Under the pieces are notes generated by a model. The model was not told where the DNA came from. It was given only the letters and a program-made list of their open reading frames with translations, and ran no database searches. The position numbers were made by a program, and so were the translations under genes. From NCBI GenBank assembly GCA_963664015.2, contig CAXXLF010000002.1, forward strand, positions 928,001 to 992,000: a stretch of 64,000 nt of DNA, written 5' to 3'. This document shows positions 8,038 through 18,792 of this stretch, in pieces (position 1 is the stretch's first letter; the number at the start of each line of letters is the position of its first letter). This DNA comes from Candidatus Binatia bacterium (GTDB lineage: Bacteria; Desulfobacterota; Binatia; UBA9968; CAXXLF01).

Positions 8038-8792
8038 GTCATCACCAGTGCATTGTATCGGTTCTGGAGGACATCAGGACGAGGATAACCATCTATCGGG
8101 AACCTTGGACTGCCCTCTGGTGACATCCCATCCTTAATCGTCTGAATGAAGGTATCCACGTCTGGACGCCGTGAGGTTTTGTCAATTCGGACATAGACGA
8201 AGTTGGGATCGTCAACCCATTCGTCTTTTGAGGTTATGCGTGTTGGGTAATGTCCCTCGAACAGGTGTGCATGGGTGCTCCACCATGTGTTGAAGGTGTC
8301 AGATAGAACCTGATCTAAGTCCCATCCCTGATATTCGCTCTCATCGACACGAACCAGAACGGTATCTCGTTGTCGAAATCGTCTTGTGCCTACCGTTTCA
8401 CCGTAACGTTTTCCACCACCCAAACTGGAATCAAAATTTCCATGACGAGTGACAAGTTCGACACTCTTACCTAGTGACTGCAATTCCAGTGCAAGTTTGA
8501 GGAATCGGAACCAGTGTCGATATATCTGGACACCCTTATCCAGAACCCTACCTTCCAAATTTCTCGCTGAGACTGTCCTATGTCGAGAGTCCCCACCTTC
8601 ACCACCCGCATAAACCGCTGAAGGACGCTTGCTACGTCTGGATAGGGGTTCTTGTGCAACCTCTATAGATTTCTCCAATTCCACCTTCTCAATAGGACTT
8701 CCATCCACGATCACATAATACGACCTGTCCTTGTGGTGAGGTTTCACGTTCCTCTCTGCAATTATCCTTCCTTTACCCATTTTCGCCCTCAA
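7818..8792 (-). CDS. Hypothetical protein of the element (YRHWFRFLKL motif); start may be 8780
   Basis: 324-aa ORF; amino-acid conservation with the paralogous fragment at 3894 supports real coding. Confidence 0.75.
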   Translation of the reverse strand: MRAKMGKGRIIAERNVKPHHKDRSYYVIVDGSPIEKVELEKSIEVAQEPLSRRSKRPSAVYAGGEGGDSRHRTVSARNLEGRVLDKGVQIYRHWFRFLKLALELQSLGKSVELVTRHGNFDSSLGGGKRYGETVGTRRFRQRDTVLVRVDESEYQGWDLDQVLSDTFNTWWSTHAHLFEGHYPTRITSKDEWVDDPNFVYVRIDKTSRRPDVDTFIQTIKDGMSPEGSPRFPIDGYPRPDVLQNRYNALVMTLKGIGPKEICTHKNIYLRATDSKTDGERLKVPTWGNKVQYSNLVKQQKIGGIHHLLDVMKGSFGSVPQNRGF

Positions 8793-8918
8793 ATTCGGTT
8801 TTCGGAAAAGGGTGGTGAAATCGGGGTTCTGAAACCCTTGTTTTCTGCACCTTTCAAACCCCCATTTCCGTTTTCGAAAATCATTCGATTTCCGAAAGTC
8901 TCTTATACAGAGAATTGA

Positions 8919-9020
8919 GGGATATGGATACCGTAAACGATAATCCGCCCATCCTGACTATTCCTGTTGGGACAGGTATAATAGGTACAGAAATTGGGAG
9001 AAACAGATTCCCAATAGAAA
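8919..9020 (+). promoter_or_regulatory. Repeated promoter/operator/hairpin cassette, copy 1
   Basis: CTGACT-17bp-TATAAT(8977-8982); CCTGT-N4-ACAGG palindrome in the spacer; ATTGGGA..TCCCAAT hairpin. Confidence 0.75.
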
Positions 9021-9039
9021 CAGAAGAAGAGGGTGTTGC

Positions 9040-9612
9040 GTGATGAATTACGAATTTATCCGTTATGGGATGAAAACCACACTTAAACCGTTTGTGAAAT
9101 CGTGGGGTATTAAGGAACTGCTATCCGTTCCTATTAGGAAAACGGGTTTAACGGGTTCCTTGCCTTATGGAAGGTGTCACCACAACGTCAGTTTTCTCCA
9201 AGAACGATATGGTGGAGAAACGGTGTTGGGGTTTGCGATATTAGAGGAAGACACATTCTTTTGGTGTATTCCCCATTCTGTGTGGAAGACACCAGAAGGG
9301 AAATATGTAGATGTGACCTTAAAGATGACAATCGAAACTGATGAGACTGAATATGTGAGGTTTGCACCCCTCGTTTGGTATGACGCAACTAGGGTTGGGT
9401 GGACTCTTAGACACGAGTTTCGGATCTACAAAGACCTGCACAAAGGAATTGAATGGAAACTCGATAATGGACCTTATGAGATGTTTACAAGGAAATCATT
9501 TAAGGGAAAAGACATGACAGGTTTAGTGTTCAAGAGAGACTATCCTTGTACCGAAACTGACAGTTGGGTGGATTACCTTCTGAAATTGGAAAAAGTAGTG
9601 GAAAACCTATGA
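9040..9612 (+). CDS. Hypothetical protein with candidate Cys-His-Asp (papain/transglutaminase-like) triad
   Basis: GRCHHNV ... PHSVWKTPEGKYVDVT. Confidence 0.65.
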   Translation: MMNYEFIRYGMKTTLKPFVKSWGIKELLSVPIRKTGLTGSLPYGRCHHNVSFLQERYGGETVLGFAILEEDTFFWCIPHSVWKTPEGKYVDVTLKMTIETDETEYVRFAPLVWYDATRVGWTLRHEFRIYKDLHKGIEWKLDNGPYEMFTRKSFKGKDMTGLVFKRDYPCTETDSWVDYLLKLEKVVENL

Positions 9613-9619
9613 CCCGATC

Positions 9620-9719
9620 GGGATATGGATGACGTAACCAGTAAGTTGCCCATCATGCCTATTCCTGTTGAGACAGGTATAATGGGCACAGAGATTGGGA
9701 AACGGTTTCCCAATCGAAA
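9620..9719 (+). promoter_or_regulatory. Repeated promoter/operator/hairpin cassette, copy 2
   Basis: ATGCCT-17bp-TATAAT(9678-9683); CCTGT-TGAG-ACAGG; GATTGGGAAA..TTTCCCAATC hairpin. Confidence 0.75.
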
Positions 9720-9762
9720 ACGGGGGTTTTTCGTCCCCTGCTCAGATAGAAGGAGAAACAAA

Positions 9763-10041
9763 ATGGGAAACAAATATTTTGATGTTGAATGCGAAATGAA
9801 TGCGGTGTTGAAGATCCGTGCAAACTCCGCAGAAGACGCAAAACTCAAAATGCAGTCTTGGGTGAAGGACACCGACCTCAATCGCCTGACTTCCAATGAG
9901 GACGTAACCTTTAAGTTCATTGATGGTAGGGGAACGGTTACGAACTCAGGAACTCCGAACTATGCACTGGATTGGGGAATATGGGACGCAGAAGGAAATC
10001 TAATTCCAACTGGTGGTTCATATGAGTTGGAGGTTGCGTGA
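9763..10041 (+). CDS. Small acidic phage-like hypothetical protein
   Basis: AAGGAG RBS then ATG at 9763 (MGNKYFDVECEM...IRANSAEDAK); the upstream ORF extension is the promoter repeat. Confidence 0.7.
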   Translation: MGNKYFDVECEMNAVLKIRANSAEDAKLKMQSWVKDTDLNRLTSNEDVTFKFIDGRGTVTNSGTPNYALDWGIWDAEGNLIPTGGSYELEVA

Positions 10042-10177
10042 TGGAAACAGAACGAATGAAGGTTACATCATGCGATGAACTGCACGAAATTATCAAACCA
10101 AGAATATTACAGAGTTCCAGTGGGATACAGAGGATGGGTTTGAGATTGAAGAAGTAGAAGACGAAATAACAGTTTGA
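10041..10177 (+). pseudogene. Small translationally coupled ORF, probably frameshifted
   Basis: GGAGG RBS and TGATG overlap; first frame stops at 10157, an acidic alternative frame (FQWDTEDGFEIEEVEDE) stops at 10177. Confidence 0.35.
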
Positions 10178-10388
10178 GATACCGAAACTTCTTTACCAAA
10201 CCGTGTCTCTCTCCTCGGTGTCTCAACTAAACATGGTTAGGAGACAGACACCCCCCTTGAGTTTGAACGACCTTGCTAGTCTACAAATGCAACTAGGTTC
10301 CCTAGATTATAAAATTCCCGCCGCCAGAAATCTCACCAGAGGGTGCTCACGTTCCCCTAGAATTCTGCCAGGGGTTGATTGAACTTCC

Positions 10389-10616
10389 CTATTCCTCATC
10401 GTATTCCACCCACATCTTGGATATGACAGGTTGATACTTCTTATTCCTCAATTCTAATCGTTCCTGTCGTTCCCTGTATCGTTTGATTACCGAATAGACA
10501 TATTGGGTTCTCCACTCACTTCCCTTGTGCGTCCTCACACCTAATTCGTTGAGATGTTTTGCAATCTTCCTGTATCCCATCCCATTCTCGTGTAGGGATT
10601 GCACGAACTCATACAA
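10389..10616 (-). CDS. Small stand-alone recombinase DNA-binding-domain protein (large serine recombinase 'Recombinase' domain-like)
   Basis: GMGYRKIAKHLNELGVRTHKGSEW..VYSV; frame stays open 51 codons upstream to 10769, so the true start is uncertain. Confidence 0.8.
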   Translation of the reverse strand: MYEFVQSLHENGMGYRKIAKHLNELGVRTHKGSEWRTQYVYSVIKRYRERQERLELRNKKYQPVISKMWVEYDEE

Positions 10617-10741
10617 TTCCTCCTGTTGTGGGGAATAGTTGCGTTTGTTGTATTCGGGATTCAGGTGGTTGAATCGAATTGAAACGGTGAAACAGAGGTA
10701 ATTTGCGTATCCACCGTTAGAAGAAAAAGGACTGTTCTCAC

Positions 10742-12571
<1,830 letters not shown>

Positions 12572-12604
12572 GATCTCTAACGACTGCCTCCTGGATCCTA
12601 CTCA

Positions 12605-14002
12605 TCATTTCTTCCTATGCATTTGCCTGAAGCGCTCTACCCATCCAGCTATGTGCTTCTGGGCAACGCGACTGAGTGCCAAGGCCCCGGGCGGTACATC
12701 CCGCGTGACGGTGGAGCCGGCACCGATATAGGCATCGTTTCCAACCGCCACGGGGGCTACAAACTGGGTATTGCTACCCACTTGAACCCTATCCCCAATG
12801 GTCGTTCGGTGCTTATCGAATCCGTCGTAATTGCACGTAATGGTCCCAGCCCCGATGTTGCTCTCTTGGCCGATGACCGTATCACCAATGTAGCTCAAGT
12901 GATTGGCTTTTGTTCCGTTTCCTACCGTGGAATTCTTCACCTCAACAAAGCTCCCGATATGGACATTGCCCTTGAGTTCGGTCCCCGGCCGAATATGGGC
13001 GAAGGGCCCCACCTCGACTCCATCGGCTGCATCGCAACCGTTGATCACTACGTTGAATTTGAGATGCACGTCATCGCCGAAACGTGAATCGACAACGTAC
13101 GCGTTGCCATCGATTTGGCACCGCTCACCTAGAACGGTGCGCCCCGACAAATGCGTATTGGGTCCGATCACGCTGTCTTTACCGACCGTCACCCTCTCTT
13201 CGATGTAGGTGGTCAGAGGGTCCTTAAGGGTAACACCGGATTCCATCAGTCGGCGGTTGATCTTTTCCTGCAACGATCTTTCCATCATCGCAAGCTCCTC
13301 TCTAGCATTGATACCCAAAATTTCCTGAGGGTGGGCCATTACAACAGTTTCTATCCGTTTCTTTGACCTCGCAGCCTCACCAACGATATCGGGGAGGTAA
13401 AACTCGCCCTGTTGATTGTTATTGGTCAGACCCTTTAGAGCGGTGAAAAGAAATTCACAGGCCACTGCATATATACCTGCATTGACCTCGTCGATCTTTT
13501 TCTCCGACTCGTTGGCATCCCTTTCTTCGGTGATTCGGACAACGTGACCGGTAGAATCGCGAAGGATCCTACCATACCCAAAGGGTTCCTCTAGGTGCGC
13601 CGTTAGAAGGGTGACCGTTGATTTCTGCTCACGGTGGTGGCGTACCAGGCTTGCCAGGGTGCTACCCGTTATTAAAGGGACGTCCCCACTAAGTATCAAA
13701 AGGTCTCCTGAAAAGTCAGTGAAGGTCTCCCGGGCACAAAGAACCGCGTGGCCCGTGCCCAGTTGTTCATTCTGAACTACCCAGGTGATCTCTTCCTCGC
13801 CGCAGGCCCGCTTGACCTCCTCCGCTCCATATCCCACAACCGCTACGATCTTCGCCGGCTTTAACTCCTGTGCGATCCCCAGTGGATATAAAATGAGAGG
13901 GACCCCGTTCAGGCAATGAACCACCTTGGGCCGATCGGACCTCATCCGTTTACCCCGACCTGCTGCAAGGATAATGACGCCAAGCTGTTGCATATCCGTC
14001 AA
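12605..14002 (-). CDS. glmU: Bifunctional UDP-GlcNAc pyrophosphorylase/acetyltransferase
   Basis: ILAAGRGKRM, hexapeptide repeats, GAGTITCNYDG. Confidence 0.98.
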   Translation of the reverse strand: MTDMQQLGVIILAAGRGKRMRSDRPKVVHCLNGVPLILYPLGIAQELKPAKIVAVVGYGAEEVKRACGEEEITWVVQNEQLGTGHAVLCARETFTDFSGDLLILSGDVPLITGSTLASLVRHHREQKSTVTLLTAHLEEPFGYGRILRDSTGHVVRITEERDANESEKKIDEVNAGIYAVACEFLFTALKGLTNNNQQGEFYLPDIVGEAARSKKRIETVVMAHPQEILGINAREELAMMERSLQEKINRRLMESGVTLKDPLTTYIEERVTVGKDSVIGPNTHLSGRTVLGERCQIDGNAYVVDSRFGDDVHLKFNVVINGCDAADGVEVGPFAHIRPGTELKGNVHIGSFVEVKNSTVGNGTKANHLSYIGDTVIGQESNIGAGTITCNYDGFDKHRTTIGDRVQVGSNTQFVAPVAVGNDAYIGAGSTVTRDVPPGALALSRVAQKHIAGWVERFRQMHRKK

Positions 14003-14099
14003 GTTAAAAACCCGATTATAGCCGAACTCCCTTACCCGTCAAAGGGGCATCAATACACTACGGCCGTTCTCAGATTCTGAATAGATCTTTGAGAATGAT

Positions 14100-14525
14100 C
14101 TATGGCTGATGAAAGCCGGATCCTTGCAGACGGTTACCAACCCATTGCACCAGATCATCCGGGGTGGGGAGATTACCAACGTGCAGCGCCCTTCCATTGA
14201 AGATAACAGAGGCGGGGCTGATCCCGAAGAGAAGAGTCCTTATAAAAACCCTGAAAGGTGGTCGGTATCTAAAGAAATCCCCAATGAGAGTCGGGATGAG
14301 ATAGATCACGTTTCGAGGATCCACCACGTCAATCATAATTCCATCGCCGAATCGGCGACGCAGGGCCAAATAAATTTCGCCTACTTGATTCATTACCCGC
14401 CGTACCGGCTCGTAATCTGGTACCTCATGGCTACCGAAGGCGTCAATTCCTTCAAGGCTGCCGGCGCAATCGCTGCAGCTCAAAGTTTCGGCATTTTCCC
14501 GGACGAGAATGATCCTTGGCTTCAT
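14100..14525 (-). CDS. Hypothetical CxxC protein translationally coupled to cstA
   Basis: ATGA overlap with the cstA stop; MKPRIILVRE...SCSDCAG...VDPRN. Confidence 0.65.
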   Translation of the reverse strand: MKPRIILVRENAETLSCSDCAGSLEGIDAFGSHEVPDYEPVRRVMNQVGEIYLALRRRFGDGIMIDVVDPRNVIYLIPTLIGDFFRYRPPFRVFIRTLLFGISPASVIFNGRALHVGNLPTPDDLVQWVGNRLQGSGFHQP

Positions 14526-16234
14526 CCTGGACCTGGAGCCCCAGCGGGAACCGTTGCCGGAGGTTCTGTCCCTTTCAAGATCCGAACCGCTTTCACCACC
14601 AAATACAGGGAGCTGATCAAGATCATCACACCAATGGCCAAAAGTCCCCAATTTCCTTTAAGCCAGAAGCCCTTCAAGGTCAGAAGCATGGCCCAGCAAG
14701 TCATAAAAAGTAATATCACCATAGGAGTCAAGGTGTAGGCTATGGGTCTCTTCAGCTTGACCAGAAAAACACTGATCACCAGGAGGGCCAGGCTGGCAAG
14801 CAACTGATTTGTGGTTCCAAAGAGGGGCCAGATGACGAGACCACCGGCACCCTTACCGTCATAGAGTGCCAGCACTCCTGTCGTTACGACGGCAAAGAGG
14901 GTTGCAAACCATCCCTTAGTCAACAGAGGGACATGGAGTATCTCACCGAACTCGTGGGTGACATATTTTTGAAGTCTCAAACCCGTATCCATTGTCGTCG
15001 CTGCAAAACTCACGACGACAACGGCCGCGAAGGTAGCCCCGATGGTCTGTGAGATTCCAAAGCCCTTGTTGAGGAAAAAGCTGATCCCGTCAACAAAGGC
15101 ACTAACCTTGGCACCCAATCCAGCGGCTCCGTCCCAGGTGGCATAGTGCTCATTCCAGGCCCCTGCGGTGGCAAACCCACCGGCACACGCCAAGATGGCC
15201 ACCAGGGCCAGGCACCCTTCTCCCAGGGAACCCAAATAACCTACGGGCCGGGCATCCGTCTCTTTATCCAGCTGCTTCGATGTCGTTCCCGAAGACACCA
15301 CCGCATGGAAACCGGAGATGGCGCCACAGGCAATAGTGATAAAGAGAAAAGGGATCATTGCCGGCGCTCCCGGAGGACTGGGTCGGATAGCCGGGGCAAC
15401 CAGAATAAGCCCGTCTGCGGTGAAGGTACCAATAATCACCGCCAGAAATACCGCTGTCAATCCGAAATAGAGCTGGTGACCGTTAAGGTAGTCTCGGGGC
15501 TGTAGCAGCACCCAGACCGGGAGGAGTGTGGCAACCAAGCCGTAGGCTAGCAACACGATAACCCATGTCACAACCGGGGTTCCTATGGCCGGGACCCTGA
15601 CCTCCCACCCATTGACACCGGCTACCACGACAAGAATATACATGATCAAGACAGCACCGATAGAAGGGAGAAGAATGCCAGCCCCCTTGTGTTTATAGAT
15701 CAACCACCCGATACCGAGAGCCAATGGGATCTCAACCAAAATCGGGATCACCGACGTAGGGAAGCGGATAAAGAGAGCTGCAATAACCAGGGCAAAGACA
15801 GCGTTAACCATAAGCACCATGAAGTAAATGACGATCATGAACAGGACTCTTGCCCGGTGACCGATGAGACCAGCCGTAAGTTGGCCGATGGATTGTCCCT
15901 TATGCCGCGTAGAAACCCAGATGCTACCGAAATCATGGGCGCCCGACGCGAATATGCTTCCGATCACCACCCATAAAAAAGCTGGTAGCCACCCCCAGAT
16001 CATGGCAATAGCCGGTCCCACAATGGGAGCCGCACCGGCCACCGAGACAAAATGGTGCCCCATAAGAATATGCTTGCGGGTCGGTACGTACTCCACCCCG
16101 TCCTCCAACTCGTGCGCAGGCGTTTTGAAGTTGGGATCGAGTCGATAGATTTTTTCGGCTAAGAATTTCGCATAGGTTCGGTAAGCCAGGTAGAAGAGAC
16201 CTAGACCGACAACCACCAAGACCAACGAGGGCAT
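14522..16234 (-). CDS. cstA: Carbon starvation protein A family transporter
   Basis: TPAHELEDGVEYVPT, GHHFVSVAGAAPIVGP, LLQPRDYLN, IACGAISGFH; AAAGGAGG RBS before ATG 16234. Confidence 0.93.
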   Translation of the reverse strand: MPSLVLVVVGLGLFYLAYRTYAKFLAEKIYRLDPNFKTPAHELEDGVEYVPTRKHILMGHHFVSVAGAAPIVGPAIAMIWGWLPAFLWVVIGSIFASGAHDFGSIWVSTRHKGQSIGQLTAGLIGHRARVLFMIVIYFMVLMVNAVFALVIAALFIRFPTSVIPILVEIPLALGIGWLIYKHKGAGILLPSIGAVLIMYILVVVAGVNGWEVRVPAIGTPVVTWVIVLLAYGLVATLLPVWVLLQPRDYLNGHQLYFGLTAVFLAVIIGTFTADGLILVAPAIRPSPPGAPAMIPFLFITIACGAISGFHAVVSSGTTSKQLDKETDARPVGYLGSLGEGCLALVAILACAGGFATAGAWNEHYATWDGAAGLGAKVSAFVDGISFFLNKGFGISQTIGATFAAVVVVSFAATTMDTGLRLQKYVTHEFGEILHVPLLTKGWFATLFAVVTTGVLALYDGKGAGGLVIWPLFGTTNQLLASLALLVISVFLVKLKRPIAYTLTPMVILLFMTCWAMLLTLKGFWLKGNWGLLAIGVMILISSLYLVVKAVRILKGTEPPATVPAGAPGPG

Positions 16235-16561
16235 AGGACAACCTCCTTTGACAATGGGAACACTCTTCCCCAATAAGGTAATTTATGGGGCATACGGTGC
16301 GGTCATGGCCCCTGCCAATCGTTTACAGTTTGGAAAGACTCTGATTTCACTTCGAAGGGGTCCTATCCTCGGACCAGATCTGGCCCAAAATTCTGACCCT
16401 ACGGGGATCGCAAATGGCAAAGAAACCAACTGATAGCTACGATGCCACGTTACTGGAAAAATTACTAGTACTACTGCAACCTTATTGACTTGACAGCGTT
16501 TCACTAACTTGCTACAAACCGGAGCATTGGGTGGTTGAGGTATGGGAGAGGGATCATCTTA

Positions 16562-16735
16562 ATGCAGGAAGCAGATGAGGAGCTTTTAAATAGTCGAGAA
16601 GTTGCCCAGATTTTGGATATGAGCCCCGACACCGTCAATGAATTTGCAAGAAAAAGCATCCTACCCGCCTTCAAGAAGGGAAAGCAGTGGCGCTTTCGTA
16701 AACGGGACATTTCCCCTTCAGCAAGAAACAAGTAA
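16562..16735 (+). CDS. Excisionase-like HTH_17 DNA-binding protein
   Basis: LLNSREVAQIL...LPAFKKGKQWRF. Confidence 0.8.
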   Translation: MQEADEELLNSREVAQILDMSPDTVNEFARKSILPAFKKGKQWRFRKRDISPSARNK

Positions 16736-16797
16736 GGGAGATCCAAGCAGCCTGATCCCCGGCACGGTGGGTATCGACTAATTGGGAAGTGGGGAGT

Positions 16798-17502
16798 ATG
16801 CCTGAAACTGGAGCCCATGAGAGTAAATTATACTCGGATCTCTCGCCGCTTTACGATAAAGTTTTTGGAAAGATTTTCTACTCAAGACTAAAATACGTCA
16901 TCAAGACTCTCAACCTTCCTCCCGGTGCCGAGATATTAGAGCTAGGTGTTGGTACGGGAACTTCGTTTCCCGCGTATCCCAGACACTGTGAAGTGATCGG
17001 GGTGGACCTCGCTCCCGACATGTTAACCCATGCCCGATCGAAGATTAAGGAGAACGGCTGGACCCATCTCAAGGTATTGAAGATGGATGCCCTCAACCTT
17101 GATTTTCCCGATAACTCTTTCGATTATGTGATGGCCTTTCACGTGGTTACAGTGGTCCCGGATCCGATCCGAATGATAGAAGAGGCCAAACGTGTTTGCC
17201 GATCCGGCGGTAGGATAGTCATCGTGAATCACTTTACCAGTGAATCGCCAATTTGGGGCGGGTTAACCGAGGCCCTGGACCCGGTAACTCGCAAACTCGG
17301 ATGGCGCACCGACCTCAAGCTCAATCCGTTTATGCGCGCGGCTCAATTGAAGATCGAAAAAGTTTATAAACTCTCCAAGCTTTCCCTCTACACGGTCCTC
17401 CAAGGCTACAACGAAAAAAACGGCAACGGACATCACGATATGCCCATTAAACGGACCGTAGCACCGGTGATTGAAGATTTGCAGCCGCCGGAAGAGCCCT
17501 AA
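16798..17502 (+). CDS. Class I SAM methyltransferase, PmtA (phospholipid N-methyltransferase)-like
   Basis: ILELGVGTG, MDALNLDFPDNSFD, VVPDP..M..EAKRVC..GG.I.IVNHF. Confidence 0.8.
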   Translation: MPETGAHESKLYSDLSPLYDKVFGKIFYSRLKYVIKTLNLPPGAEILELGVGTGTSFPAYPRHCEVIGVDLAPDMLTHARSKIKENGWTHLKVLKMDALNLDFPDNSFDYVMAFHVVTVVPDPIRMIEEAKRVCRSGGRIVIVNHFTSESPIWGGLTEALDPVTRKLGWRTDLKLNPFMRAAQLKIEKVYKLSKLSLYTVLQGYNEKNGNGHHDMPIKRTVAPVIEDLQPPEEP

Positions 17503-17699
17503 GGTTTCCGACCAGATTTTTCCTTCTTCTCTCCTTTTTCCTGGGAGACTTCCTCTGAGCCTTCATCGGTCACACCTTTTTTAAAATCACGGATCGCCTT
17601 TCCAAGACCACTCCCGATCTGCGGCAGCCGCCCCGGGCCAAATATAATCAAGGCAATGACCAGGATAATTAATAGTTCTTGAAAACCAAGTCCAAACAT
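17499..17699 (-). CDS. tatA: Twin-arginine translocase subunit TatA/E
   Basis: MFGLGFQELLIIL...IFGPGRLPQIGSGLGKAIRDFKK. Confidence 0.95.
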   Translation of the reverse strand: MFGLGFQELLIILVIALIIFGPGRLPQIGSGLGKAIRDFKKGVTDEGSEEVSQEKGEKKEKSGRKP

Positions 17700-17774
17700 A
17701 AGGCCTCCTAGAATCCCGAATCCGCTCCCGTGGGTGCCAGCCCATTCAGGAACTCTTTTGCGATGATAGTCTAC

Positions 17775-18737
17775 CTAGCTCCCTGCCTCTTCTACAACCG
17801 GCTCCCGTCGTTTCCGGAGAATGAATACGATCCCGCCGACCATGCTATCGAATACGCCGACCATCAACCAAAGGAGGCTGAAGGCAAGGGCCTTCTCCTT
17901 GCTGACATCAATCCGTTGGAGCATAAATACGTACCCCCCCTCACGCAACCCAATACCGTTGAGACTGATCGGGATGGCGCTAAATGCACCGACCAGTGGA
18001 TAGAGGATAAAGGTATAGGACCAAGGAATATTGAGGTCGAGTGACCACCCCAGCAAAACGTGCAACACAGCCTGGCTGAAGTGTATGACCACGGAAAGCA
18101 ACATGCTTTTAGCCACCACCCAGCGTTTGGAAATGTAGGTTTCTATGGCAACCTTAAACCCCTCACCAAGACGTTGAATGCCCCCACCTAGGAAGCGATA
18201 CACGACAGGCAACAACAACCATCCCAGAAGAAACCCCAGGCCTAATCCATACGTCAGGTACAGGATAGGAAGAGGAATATCGTAGGCGGGGAAAATTAGG
18301 AGGGCGATCGCCACAACCCAGATGAGAACAGACATCCCTACGACACGATCGGCAATCACGGTGCTCAGGGCAGTAGCCGTCCAACTGATCCCGCTCTTCA
18401 TCTTGGCCCCGGGACCACTGCTAGCTAGGTAATAGACACGTCCCACGTCCCCACCAACGGTGCTAGGGGCAAATAGGTTAAAGAACATTCCTATCAAGTA
18501 GTAGGCCGCAAACTCGCGGAAGGGCTTCTCGAATCCCACCGCACGGGCCAGCACCGCCCATCTGACGGCGCTGATCAATTGGGTTGCCAGATACGCGACC
18601 AAGACGACGACCAGATAGAAAGGGTGTGCCGAGGTCATAACGTTGAACAGCCCTTTGACCTCAATCTGGGTAAAGAGATAGGCCAACAGCCCAACACTAA
18701 CCAACACCTTGAGAAGTAGGGGTAGGGAACGTCTCAT
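17775..18737 (-). CDS. Lysylphosphatidylglycerol synthase TM / flippase-like membrane protein
   Basis: RW..L, FNLFAPSTVGGD..R, PISLNGIGLRE. Confidence 0.85.
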   Translation of the reverse strand: MRRSLPLLLKVLVSVGLLAYLFTQIEVKGLFNVMTSAHPFYLVVVLVAYLATQLISAVRWAVLARAVGFEKPFREFAAYYLIGMFFNLFAPSTVGGDVGRVYYLASSGPGAKMKSGISWTATALSTVIADRVVGMSVLIWVVAIALLIFPAYDIPLPILYLTYGLGLGFLLGWLLLPVVYRFLGGGIQRLGEGFKVAIETYISKRWVVAKSMLLSVVIHFSQAVLHVLLGWSLDLNIPWSYTFILYPLVGAFSAIPISLNGIGLREGGYVFMLQRIDVSKEKALAFSLLWLMVGVFDSMVGGIVFILRKRREPVVEEAGS

Positions 18738-18792
18738 CGTCCGTCAGGCCCAAGTTTTGTGAAGGCCTGTTTCCAATTGGCGGTCGGGCGAT

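Noticed and set aside
9625-9762. N-terminal extension of ORF 9625-10041
   Set aside because: It overlaps the promoter repeat; a strong RBS points to ATG 9763
16275-16450. Riboswitch upstream of cstA
   Set aside because: Some hairpins but no aptamer consensus I can recognise; an Rfam scan would be needed
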